Positions 1 to 11,041 of a stretch of 64,000 nt of DNA are shown in pieces; position 1 is the first letter of the stretch, and each line of letters opens with the position of its first letter. The notes below the pieces were generated by a model. It did no database searches and was not told where the DNA came from. It was given only the letters and a program-made list of their open reading frames with translations. Source of the stretch: a virus; the IMG/VR virus record IMGVR_UViG_3300045988_058019, positions 39,546-103,545 of that record; one strand, 5' to 3'. A program made the position numbers and the translations under genes.

Positions 1-3000
1 GTTATATACAAAGTAAGGAAGATCTTGTACATGTATATCTTGCATCTGTGTAGGTTCTAACTATAACCAAGAGTCTGCAAAGTTTGAACTGGTTACGGTT
101 CTATGAATCTAATCACCGTGGAATAAATTCATATTAATAGTACTCTCAAATGGTATGTATGCGCCTATATAGTTCTTCATACCATCCCATTCTTTAGCGT
201 CAGGTAATTGGAATAGCATAGTATTAGGATAATCTAATAAACTTAAATAAGTATCTCCTCCAAATACGTATTTGCTGTCACGCGCTGCTATACTTATGTA
301 TACAGAATTCTATCTAGATGAAAATGTATTACCACCATATATAGAATTACCATCACGTTTAACGTTAAATACAGGAATAGCATTAGTAGAATCAAATGGA
401 TGGAGCTCTGGGTATTTGTTAGTAGGTACACTATTAAAACCTGCAAATGTTTTACTTAATTCAGGTACATGAGCTATGATACATGGACCAGCTGGACCTT
501 GTAATGATTGATTGTCATTATGAATAAAATCAGACATAGAATAATTAGTATAAGTTCTATTACCAACATTTATTCTTTTAGCTACAACATCAGGAGCTCC
601 ATACATATTATAATCTATATTAGGAGGATATTTAGCGTCTTCTATATATGATATATCTTGAGACTGACCAAAAGTTGGAACAAAGTATTTAGCTATAGAT
701 GCTCCGCGATATACCTTCTTGCCTCTACTATCCTAATAAGGAAATCCTACTGCTAATACATTAAGATCCCATCTTCTACCATAACCTACGTATGGTACAG
801 TATCTTGCTGCAATACTTCGCCGTTTATTTGAGTAACGTAATCTGCTGCAGCGAATATACTACGGCTTACACTGTTACCTATAGTATTACCATTAGTATA
901 GTTGTCTTTAAAATCATCAAATTTACTATCGTTTACCTTTCCACCAACAAATGGAGAATAGTATGAACCGATTCCATCTAAGTACACACTTCCTTCAAAT
1001 AGTCTAGTTACATCATCCCCTTGTACACATATCTCTGGAGATACAAGGCGTATATAGTCATTTGCCCTCATAGTAAGGGAGAAGTTACCAACGTCTTCAG
1101 CTGTACCTGTTGATATTGCTAGTTGTTCACCAATTAGACTACAGAAGAAAGGTGTGGGTCTCATTTCCAAACTACTATCTAACTCAGATCCTTGACCAAC
1201 CCACTTATCCTACTCTTGAATTCTATACTCATATACGTAACTACCTATAGTCTACATAAGCACAGTTCTATCACGTTCAGTTCTATCGCAACGAACTATT
1301 TCATAACTTACTGCACCAACAGGCATTTTCTTTACTTTAAATTCTACACCTAGAGCATTGCCTATAAGAGTATTGTTCTCATATTTAAACGGAGGCATTT
1401 GAGAAGCATGAGGCATTCTAATGTCACCTATCCAGAGTACAGGAGAAGCTACAGATTTATCATTATAAAATATTATACCAAATCTATACACTTCATCTCT
1501 CTAGTATCCTCTATAATTAGCAGCTATATAAGGATCAGCATAATTAGGTATATATGGATTATTCTTCTGCTCTTCAGTAGGCTGTAGTATTTCGGGCATC
1601 TTACTATCACCTCTGTTTATATATCTAGTGTTATTTCTAACAGTAGGTACATCCATACTACAGGATTGGTCTAATCTAAACTTATCTTGTTTATTACTTA
1701 GATTTATATCTGTAGTTACAAATGAATATTCTATATTGATACCATAACCGCCTAGTTCACCTTCCTTATTATATATGTATATATTCTGTGAATTAGATGC
1801 ATCCTTTGTATATTTTACATTGTTAAATGGATTTATACAGTCATGAGTAGCAGGAATACGTTTAATAGCTTCATCATCTGTTATAGACAGACGAATGTTA
1901 TTACTATCTAAACTAGATAATAGCTACACACTCCCTTCTGAATTAGCTCTGTAAGCTCTAGCATCATAGTCATTACCATCTTCATCTTCTGGTATCCAAG
2001 TATTCTCTGTTACATTAGCAGCAAATAATCTATTTTGCATTTTAGCAAGAGTCTATGCTATAAACTGATAACCAGTCATAGCATTAAATTCTTCTACAGA
2101 TATATCACTTAAAGTAGCTCCATAATCTACATACTGTATACTTGTTTGACCATCGGGTATATCTATTTCATCTACTATACTAATAGTAGGGGTAGAATTA
2201 TTCTGTTCATAGAATATACGAATTACTCTTAACTTATTAAAGTCCTAAAGTGATAATTCAGTAGATAGCATTACTGATTTATTTGATGCTTTATTCAGAC
2301 CAGTACCTTTATATTCAGAACTACCTTGGCTAGTTACACTATTTGTTAAGTGAATTAACTCACTCATTGGAGAAGTAACAGTTTCAGTGCCATGCACATT
2401 AAATAATTGATAACAATATGTTACCATTCCAGCTTTAAGATTACCTTCAGATAACCAACGGAATTTAAACGGCAATAAACTTACTACTGGAGTTATTTCT
2501 AATGAACCAGGATTGATTATATTCCCATTCTCATCTATAAGATTAGAATTGTCTATATACTCATTACTCATTATGTTAACAATCTTAATAGGACTGTTTC
2601 CATCAGTAAAGTATATCTTTATGTTAGTATCTGATTCATAGTTACCTACAATACTTAGTGTGGGATTCTTAGATAAATCTTCACACAACCCTAGAGCTCC
2701 TTTACATACTAATTTGATTTGAGGCATATTACTATCAAACCCCATTAATCTGTATATCTTATTAATGTTATCAGATGTTTTAGTTATTACTACCGCAATA
2801 TCATTTATAGTAGTAGTACCTATTATCGTCTCATCTTTAGGTATAATAGTATCATATTTTCTAGGGTTCTCTATACTTTGTAATACTCCTGTAGTTCCTC
2901 CATCATTAGTGATAACACGAACATCCTCAGCATATCTATACTGAGTATCCGGTATCAAATTTACGTCCTGGTCCATATTAAGACCTTGTGTAAACGTATT

Positions 3001-3009
3001 TATCTACAT
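1..3009 (-). CDS. Large virion/tail-associated protein, 3' end beyond window start; needs TAG read-through
   Basis: ORF-track fragments 310-606, 733-1170, 1252-1491 and 2245-2976 share one frame. A hand walk of 1-309, 607-732, 1171-1251 and 1492-2244 found only TAG in frame (61, 109, 310, 733, 1210, 1252, 1501, 1924, 2053, 2245) and no TAA/TGA. Start is uncertain (ATG 2976, 3009 or 3036). No family recognised. Confidence 0.6.
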
Positions 3010-3019
3010 ATTATTTTGT

Positions 3020-3670
3020 TCATTCTGCATAATCATTCTATTTATATTTCCATATATAACCATACGCAGACAACTATCTACCTTTGCAACAATCTCTTAT
3101 TCCTTCTTTCCTTCTATTTATTGATCTTGCAGCAAAACTTATACTGTAGAAACTCCTTATATACACACCATCTAACGTATATTGATCAACAGGAATTGTT
3201 CTATTTTTATTTATATAGTTGCTATTTTTTATCTTAACCGCTGGAGAAGGATTTTTAATATTCACCGGCCTTGGTTTACCTATTCTATTTTTAACTATCT
3301 TTGCTATAGACTCTTTAGTGTGGTGCCAACCGGCGTTATTTTTTGCACATTTTGCATTGTTATATTCAGGATTTAAATCTAAATATTTTTGTTCTATAAA
3401 CAAAATAGTGTCTTTTACTGGTTCACAATATTCTAATATTGCAAATTGGAAAGAAGTCTGTCCATATTTATTAAAAGCAGATTGAAGGTGCTTATTACCA
3501 TGTTTATCATGAAGTAATTTGCGTAAATGATCTTTTAACCTTCTTCTTACACAAAGTGAACTTCCAACATATGTTTTATTGTTTAGTATATTTTTAATTA
3601 TATATACTCCAGATGTTGAAGGAATCGTTTGTATATTTTCTCTATTAAAATTTAAAAATTCGGTACTCAT
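3020..3670 (-). CDS. GIY-YIG homing endonuclease (2 in-frame TAG)
   Basis: N-terminus GVYIIKN..KTYVGSS..RRRLKDH carries the GIY-YIG motifs. The ORF-track ORF stops at TAG 3074. Reading on gives CCKGRQLSAYGYIWKYKQNDYAE then TGA at 3020, restoring the YIWKY C-terminal motif seen in the paralogs at 30459 and 41379. The start ATG overlaps the upstream TAA (TAATG). Confidence 0.75.
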
Positions 3671-4599
3671 TATGGCCTATTCTAATTGTAAATATCTTGT
3701 CGTTCTCCTACTGTACTATAAAAAGTATCATGGGCATCTATTTCCGGGTATAATTTTAACCAGGAGTTCTACACTGAGGCCAAATCATCTACAGTAGGCA
3801 TCATAGCTTCAGCATATGCTTGCTTACGATAGAAGTTATAAGAGTTACGTATATCATAATAATCTCCCTGACTTATTTGACCTTTTAACTTTTTAGGATA
3901 CATTAACTTCATAGTAACATACCAGTATATGGCTTCCTTATAGGACTCTAAATCTGGTATCATTGGCATACTATCTTCATCTGTATATATAGCATAATAA
4001 GATATCTTAATATATCCCCTAGGTACATTAGTCATTATATAACCAGGTTTAGTCATATACTATAAATCGTAACTATACATAGTACCATCTTTATGACCTA
4101 TTCTATTACCTAAATATCTGCCATTTGCTGTAGGTACAGTATTCTAGTTTATTAATGCACTTAATGTTTCTCTAAGATTATTATCTTCATTTAACTTGTC
4201 CAATGCTTCTCTATCGTTAGTAAGATTAAACATATTCTTAACTAATGGAAACATAGCTGCATCCTGTATCAACATACAAGCTTTACTACAGCATTGATTA
4301 TCGTGAGATACACCAAAACTGGATGTTGCTTTTCTCATAGGTAACCAACCACCATTACAGCAGTATGAATATGCTACCTAATCTAATTTGTATAAATCAC
4401 AAGGCAATGATACTTGGTGACATTCTATTGGAAGTATTTCTACTTTATGCTCAAACTACTATATAGCTCCAATCTTGAGTATGGATTCCATAATCCACTC
4501 CCGAATATCTGTAATACGTATCTCATCTTCTCTTAAATCGAGATCTGCTATTACTTTAGCTACTACAGAAGCTGAACTAATCATACGATTATTTATCAT
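3670..4599 (-). CDS. Structural-module hypothetical protein (several in-frame TAG)
   Basis: Fragments 3769-4056 and 4144-4338 share a frame. Hand translation from ATG 4599 (ATGA overlap with the upstream gene) runs to TAA at 3670-3672 with only TAG interruptions. Confidence 0.55.
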
Positions 4600-5045
4600 A
4601 ATTCTGGGTAATCTTTTGTTTTGTTGAATATTATTTGAGCTAAATTTCTCTTGTTATCTCTTGAAGCTATAAACTAATACTTAGTTTTATTAGTAAGCAA
4701 ACTGTCTTTCTTTGACCAAAAGAATCTATACTTATAATAATTACTATGGTCATTAAGTAGGTATACAGGCTTACCGGTTTCTTTTGTAGCTTTCCAGTCC
4801 CATCTAAGACTCTTGCCTGTGAATTCTTTTGGCTAATGTTTAATGATTTGTAAAGTACCTAATCTACATGGAAACTTGAACTCTTTACAACTGTACATCA
4901 CCTCATCTCTAATGTACTAAAAATAGTCATTAATGATATTTTTATATGTCTATAAGTCAATATCGTATGGAGTATTAGGTTCTATGTACTATTTATAGCT
5001 TTCATAGAAATCAGTAGTAGTATAACTCTTTCTCTAATATTTCAT
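4596..5045 (-). CDS. Hypothetical protein, 149 aa (in-frame TAGs)
   Basis: Hand translation gives MKYQRKSYTTTDFYESYKQYIE...FKFPCRLGTLQIIKHQPK...DYPEL then TGA. The length is a multiple of 3 between independently located ATG and TGA. Confidence 0.5.
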
Positions 5046-5052
5046 ATATCAA

Positions 5053-5697
5053 TTATTTATTACTAACTCTGTTCTATGTATCATCATGCGCATCATTGGT
5101 ATCATCACTAGGCATAGTAATCATAAAACGTAATTCTCTCTCTAATATCATCTATGTAATAGTTGGTATCATTGCAGACGGTATAGGAAACTCGTTGTCT
5201 GGATCAAAGCAAGCATTAAGTTCTGTAGGATCTTCAGCTATTACATCTACACTGATATACTCTAGCTGATTAGAATCACCATCTACGTATATTCTATTAT
5301 TCTTAACCCACGCAATGTAATCTTTACACGTAGCTTTTCTATACTTCTATAATTTAGCTTTAGTACGGCTACCCATCTAAATTATATTACCAAACATATC
5401 ACGTACATTTATTACTCCAGGTCTATAGTTAAAGTCTATTAACTTAGGGAGTTCTTTATCTCCCACATAAGTAAAGTAACCTGGAACAGTTTCTTCACGA
5501 TCTAAATGGATAGGTTCTATAGTAGTAAGATATAATTCATTTATATCTCTACCCTTATCTATATCTTGCTTAATCAACATAGCCCTATAACCTATGATCC
5601 ACTTTTCAATTTGTATTCTACTTAAATGCTCAGACTCTGCAATATTATTATTACGAGCAATAAGTAGAATGTTATCTACAAGCTAATTGAGTGTCAT
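5053..5697 (-). CDS. Hypothetical structural-module protein, 214 aa
   Basis: ATG at 5697 is in frame with ORF-track 5377-5580. TAG at 5377 and others are read through, and TAA lies at 5053. Confidence 0.55.
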
Positions 5698-5813
5698 AAT
5701 ATATTATGTTTTAATAACGTTATAAGCCATATAACGCATTTTAAGGCTGTTATAGGCACTTTCTATTATTAATAATACAATCCTTTAATTCAAGTAATAG
5801 CGGTCTTAAAAAG

Positions 5814-5851
5814 GCTTAAAATAAAAAAGGTTGATCTTATTGACCAACCTT
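5814..5851 (-). terminator. Rho-independent terminator candidate
   Basis: Minus strand AAGGTTGGTC-AATAA-GATCAACCTT forms a 10-bp stem (one G.U) followed by TTTTTTATTTT. The hairpin encloses the TAA of the upstream gene. Confidence 0.6.
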
Positions 5852-6400
5852 ATCCATAGCATTCTTCATATCCTAAGGGAGCATTTCCTTCATAGGTGGT
5901 GGTACCATCTAATTAGCTTTCCTTATTATATTTTTTAATTCGTTAACTTCTTTCTATAACTCTATTATCTTATCATTCTCTTTAGCTGGTTCATTATCTA
6001 CTCCAAGCTTATCTAATAGAGTCTAACACTTAGCCATTTCTTCATCGCATTTAGCTATAGCTTCTTTTCTTTGTTTGTACGTATCATATTGGTTACGCAC
6101 TATATTTATAATCTCCTACTTATCTGTAGATATAGTAAGACCTAGTGCACTATCAGTAATAACTGATTTATTCTCAGGTATAGTGAACTTTTTAGTTTCT
6201 CCATTGCACTATATAGTTATATCTACTATTCTCTTTCTAGGCTGATTGGGCATAGGAAATTGCCCAGGTGGTAGTGGCTCATCATATACTGCACTTACTT
6301 GAGTAACGGAACCTTCATTATACTCAGTAGTTTTCTTGAATGTCCCAACCACTTCTATTATATATACCTTATCGCCTATGTTTAATTGATTGAATAACAT
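5837..6400 (-). CDS. Hypothetical protein, 187 aa (5 in-frame TAG)
   Basis: ORF-track 6209-6400 was extended codon by codon through TAGs at 6209, 6116, 6023, 5954, 5909 and 5873 to TAA at 5837. No TAA/TGA lies in between. Confidence 0.6.
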
Positions 6401-6409
6401 AATAAGTTA

Positions 6410-6435
6410 GTTTTAAGGGGCTCATTTAGAGCCCC
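6410..6435 (-). terminator. Hairpin / weak terminator candidate
   Basis: GGGGCTC-5 nt-GAGCCCC lies immediately downstream of the TAA at 6444. The U-run after it is weak. Confidence 0.4.
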
Positions 6436-6443
6436 AATTTATA

Positions 6444-6884
6444 TTAAGTTGCCGGTGTAGTCGGCGTTACTATATGATTAATTACTTGGAAGATTCCGTC
6501 ACATTTGTTATAGTATATAAGATATCTGTTACCAGTTGTAATTTCATTATTTGTCATTTGAGTTCCGGAACCATTTAATAGAGCTTTAGCTCCAGTAGAT
6601 GTAATAACCGTAGTAGTATTATCAATCTATCTATTAGTAAAGTTAGTAGGATCTATAAATACTAAATCCGTAGGAGTAGCTGCACTAGCAGGAGTAGACG
6701 TTACATGTAGTATAAATAAACCTTGACAAGGGAGTTGTCTCCATAATCTAGGACATACACCATAAGTAACTGAAGTAGTCGTAGTATCGGTAGTAACGTA
6801 GTTAGTTCTCAATACTGGAATACCATAATTATCTACAGTTCTTACTCTACCTCTATTAAAGTAGTTTAAAAAAGGATAAAACAT
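6444..6884 (-). CDS. Hypothetical protein, 146 aa, preceded by a strong Shine-Dalgarno
   Basis: ATG at 6884 is preceded by AAGGAGG. TAG at 6627 is read through for 60 more codons to TAA at 6444. The gene is visibly more GC-rich than its neighbours. Confidence 0.55.
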
Positions 6885-6901
6885 AACTGCCTCCTTTCTT
6901 A

Positions 6902-7822
6902 TTAGCAACCGCATCCGCAACCGTTATTATAACCGTAGCCGTAGCCGTAGCCATAATCATTCAAGCCACCCTGACAACCAAAAGGATTGCAAGTTAAGTA
7001 AGCAGGAACAGGACACGGACGAATTTGATTAACGATGTTTGCAGTTTGAGCTTGCTGAGAAGCAGACAATTGTAAAGCTTGTTTATCTTCACGCAAAGCA
7101 TCGATCTTATTCTGCATTTCTCTCATTTCGAGTTGACAGAACTTATCATTGATAATTTGAGTCTGTGCATCTATCTTAGCACCTACAATATTAAACTTAG
7201 ATGCATTATCAGCCATTAAAGAATTGAATCCACTAGTAATTGCATTTTGCAATATATTAGTCTAGTTGTAGTTAGCCAACTGATTTTCATAACCCATCTT
7301 AGTGATGTTGTTATTTACTCCACAGATTGCTTCTCTAACATCGCAGCAGCAGCTAGCTAACTGAGAAGCTAAGCTTGCATTACCAGAAGTAATAGCGTTA
7401 ATTACTTCACAGCTAGACAATTTAGTATCGCAAGAGATCTGGCTTACTCCAGAATTGATAGTATTAAGAGCTGTCTGAACAGAGTTAATATCACAATTCA
7501 AAGTACTAGCTAAGTTATTGATGGCATCTTTGTTACCATTAATAGCCTGCATCAACAGATTAGTATTAGCGTCATTGTTCAGTTCAGTAGCAAGAGCACC
7601 AGCGTTACGTCCGCCAAAACCATTACCACCGAAACCGCCCCAGCAGAAGAAGATCAGGATGATCCAAATCCACCACCAGCCGCCATTACCACCCATGCCA
7701 TTGTTGTTCATCATAGCCATTAAAGCAGCGGGATCCATATTACCTTTATTAGCATTCTATATTAAAGCAGCAAGACCAGCGTCAATACCGCGATCCTGCA
7801 CAATAATTCTATCTTCTAACAT
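6902..7822 (-). CDS. Gly/Trp-rich transmembrane protein with Cys-rich body and GYGYGYGY..GCGCGC C-terminus
   Basis: Fragments 7262-7738 and 6902-7252 are in frame and joined by TAG 7262. An upstream ATG at 7822 is in frame. The sequence includes the hydrophobic GGWWWIWIILIFFCWGGFGG segment. Confidence 0.55.
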
Positions 7823-7851
7823 AATTGATTTAATTTAAAAATTGATTTTTA

Positions 7852-8487
7852 TTAATATCTAACGTAGCGAACAGCTTTGCCACGTCCATATTCTGAGTAA
7901 GGTTCATACTCTTTTTCTCTTTCGAGCATACGTTCATAGTCATCTTCATAATCTCTAGCTCTGCTAGTAGAATATACTCTACGACCACCACGCATCATAC
8001 CACCTCTTCTACCACCTCTACGGAATAAGCCTATGCGTTCAAATTCGTCATCATCATCTTCTTCGTATTTATCACGCTTTTCAACTTCTTCCTCATAGCA
8101 TTCCATTTCAGCTTGTCTGATCTTATCACACATAACGTAAATATAGTAATACCACATCTTACCTTCATCAATGTCTTTATCATTGATCCAAGCCTTTGCC
8201 AATTCAACAAAATGCTTAGTACTATTAGAGTTAGTCATACTTATAATTACTTTATAGTAATCAGAATAAACCATGTTAAGTGCTACGAACCAATCATAAC
8301 GGTTAAATCTGCTACCCAGATTTATTCCGTACTGACTAGCTAATGCGGTAGTTTCTTCTACAGACCAATGCGGTCCACGAGTACCATCCTCATTTTCCAT
8401 TTTACTTACAGCTTTACGGGCATGTTCCTCATTGAAGTGAGGACCGTGTTCTGCTTCGTAAGCCTTTACACGAAATATTCTATGCAT
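7852..8487 (-). CDS. Hypothetical protein with acidic stretch and RGG repeats (no TAG)
   Basis: Intact ORF-track ORF with C-terminal EEDDDDEFERIGLFRRGGRRGGMMRGGRR. Visibly GC-richer codons. Confidence 0.6.
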   Translation of the reverse strand: MHRIFRVKAYEAEHGPHFNEEHARKAVSKMENEDGTRGPHWSVEETTALASQYGINLGSRFNRYDWFVALNMVYSDYYKVIISMTNSNSTKHFVELAKAWINDKDIDEGKMWYYYIYVMCDKIRQAEMECYEEEVEKRDKYEEDDDDEFERIGLFRRGGRRGGMMRGGRRVYSTSRARDYEDDYERMLEREKEYEPYSEYGRGKAVRYVRY

Positions 8488-8520
8488 ATTATTATTGATT
8501 AATATTATTGAATATATTGA

Positions 8521-9162
8521 TTATTGTTTAGGTAACTCAATTATGCGAGTATTGGTTACCTTGATTATTGGGTTACTGTTAACTATCTGATATTTTTTGG
8601 TACGTATTTTCTTCCAATCAAAGTGGAAGAACCTAACGAAGCCATTACGGTACTTGTTCTTGTATTCTTTCTTTTCTTCTACAAACAGAATCTGTTGATT
8701 CTTAATATCTAATGTGGCTTTAAGGATTGAGTCCTTCCTACTAACTATGATAGTTGTTAATGGATTAATTTTAAGTTCTTCGTCAAAATCTATTAGCCTG
8801 TGTTTTATAATAGTTCTAACAGAATCTTTAATCTCAGTATTGATTACATTTACATCAGTTAGGTTCTTGTCTTTGATTTTAAGCTTCTTCTAAGCATCCT
8901 TAGCTTCCTTTAATAAACTATCATTACTAGCATTTAGTTCTTCTATAGTAAGCTATAACACTCTGTTTAACTATTCCTTCTAGGATGCTAATTGTTCGTA
9001 AGCTCTAACATTGTTAGTTATTCTGTCAATCTCTTTATTCTTCTTTTGTAGCTAATGGTTCTAAACAAAAACAGTCGCAATAAGTAAACTAACTAAACCT
9101 ACTGCGACTGCTCTGAAATTCCTTGTAAACCAATTAACTAACTAATTCAGTATTGGAATCAT
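8521..9162 (-). CDS. Spanin-like protein candidate (N-terminal TM plus coiled coil)
   Basis: Hand translation gives MIPILNQLVNWFTRNFRAVAVGLVSLLIATVFV followed by a K/E-rich helical region, with TAA at 8521. The start lies inside the holin 3' end. Length is a multiple of 3. Confidence 0.4.
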
Positions 9163-9643
9163 CTGGTAATTCTTTATCTAATGATATATCTAAATATTTC
9201 TCTCCTTTTGCTTTTATAACCTTTTTGAGGATTTTCCATATTTTCCATTTAGGATATAAGTCGCTAAATGATTCTAGTAACGACCAAAACTCAACTAAGG
9301 CTATCATTCCTGCTACTATTTCTACAGCATGCAGGTTAATAGAGGTTACTACCAGCTAATCTATTATTGATGCACTAGTTATTGCTACTGCTGCATCTCT
9401 AGTCTTCCATATAGTTTTCCATGCTTTATGTGATTCAATCTTAGGATGCCCATATTTTTTAGAGACTTTATAACCATAGATAGCATCAAGTAGTATCAAT
9501 ATACCGACAGCAGTGATAGGAACCCATACAGGTGCGAATATAGAAAGTAGCCCAGTTATAACAGAAGCTACGCATTTATCCGCACTACTGAACATGTTCT
9601 TAAATATTGACATAGTATGTTCTCCTAATTGTTGGTAATTCAT
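9134..9643 (-). CDS. Holin-like membrane protein
   Basis: ORF-track 9356-9643 carries TM segments. TAG 9356 is read through for 73 codons (..EFWSLLESFSDLYPKWK..) to TAA at 9134. Confidence 0.5.
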
Positions 9644-9757
9644 AGATAGTAGCTGATAATAAAAATCAAATAAGCCCTAACAGATTAAAAGGGGAGTAAA
9701 ATCTGAGAGGGCTCGAAATTCCGTTTGAGATTATAATTATATAACGATAAGGTTTAT

Positions 9758-10780
9758 TTAAGGTTTCTATTTTGAAAATCTTCTTGCATAAACTAATAGC
9801 TCTTTATAGCGTAATATTTTCTTTAGTAAGTTAATACCATTACAATGCTTAAGCCAACCTATGTGACTACACATTTCTTGTTTGTAATCTTCTACTGTAA
9901 TATGCTTCTTTCTACCTAATCTAGCAGCTTTCCTACACATGCTACGCTTAATATTCTTCCTTACTAAAGTATAGTTATGTCTTATTACATAACCTACAAA
10001 TGATATTCCTCTATCTTCTACTTTAAATACCTGATAGTTATCTTTAAAAGATAATTTTAAAGTAGCAATATACTACTTCATTTCTTCAAACAATTCTCGT
10101 AAATACTCTTTATCCTTATGTAGTATTACTATATCATCTGCATATCTGAAGTAATATTTAACCTATTTATCTTCTTTAAGCCAGTGGTCAAAGTAAGTAA
10201 GATACAGATTAGCAAAGAACTAAGATAAGTAATTACCAATAGGTACACCTTCTGCTGAATCTATTATCTCATCTAATAGCTATAATAACTTCTAATCCTT
10301 TATCTTCTTTCTTATTATGCTCTTTAATACTTCATGGTCTATACTAGGATAGAACTTTCTGATATCTAACTTAAGACAATAAGTAGTATTATCTACATCT
10401 TTTAAAGCTTCTTTAACATTATGTAATGCTTCGTGAATACCTCTGTGTTTAATGCAACTATAAGTATCTTTAATAAAGATAGATACCCATATAGGTTCCA
10501 TTATATTCATTACAGCATGATGTACTATTCTATCTGGATAATAAGGTAATCTAAATATTAATCTTTCTTTAGGTTCTCTAATTATAAATGTATTATATTC
10601 AGAAGTTTTATACGTACCGTTAATTAAATTCTGCTATAGTTTTTTAAGTAATTCTTCTTTATTCTAGTCAAACTCTTTGATATCTTTTCTACTAGATTTA
10701 TTTCTTCTAGCTTTCTTATCTGCTAAATATAAATTGTCTAAGCTAACAATCTTATCGAATAAATTATTATATCTCTTCAT
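9758..10780 (-). CDS. Diversity-generating retroelement reverse transcriptase (8 in-frame TAG)
   Basis: Hand translation shows RLPYYPDRIVHHAV, DIRKFYPSIDH, GVPIGNYLS[TAG]FFANLYL (DGR-type IGxxxSQ motif), YFRYADDIVIL (YADD at 10133-10144) and GISFVGY. It is in frame with ORF-track 10292-10510 and ends at TAA 9758. Confidence 0.9.
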
Positions 10781-10916
10781 AAATAATATTTTCTGAAATA
10801 CCTTCACGCATCTTCACTTTCGTTACCAATGCGTTCAAGAAGCATGTCATATTTTACCAAGAGGTAAGGTTCAGCCCTTGATTTTTTGTCAGTTTATAAT
10901 TTTTTTACGTATTTCA

Positions 10917-11012
10917 GTGTCCTGACATTAGCATTGGAATTGTCTAACTCATTGTTAGAATTCAAATTGAACAAACCTGCATTAGACTCATTGTCTGAGT
11001 TACTGCTGATTT
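10917..11012 (-). repeat. DGR template repeat (TR)
   Basis: Aligns to 11155-11250 at a constant offset of 238 nt. All roughly 27 differences are plus-strand T (minus-strand A) in this copy. In the VR frame it reads as an AAY-rich string (ISSNSDNESNAGLFNLNSNNELDNSNANV). Confidence 0.9.
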
Positions 11013-11041
11013 ACTCACGACTGCAACCTTTTATTGGTTAA

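Noticed and set aside
7518-7838. 106-aa Pro-rich plus-strand ORF
   Set aside because: It is antisense to the Gly/Trp-rich gene 6902-7822 (GGN read as NCC). It is a shadow ORF.
10781-11041. Avd accessory gene between the DGR target and RT
   Set aside because: No ORF of suitable size exists here even with TAG read-through. The interval is occupied by the TR and a spacer.
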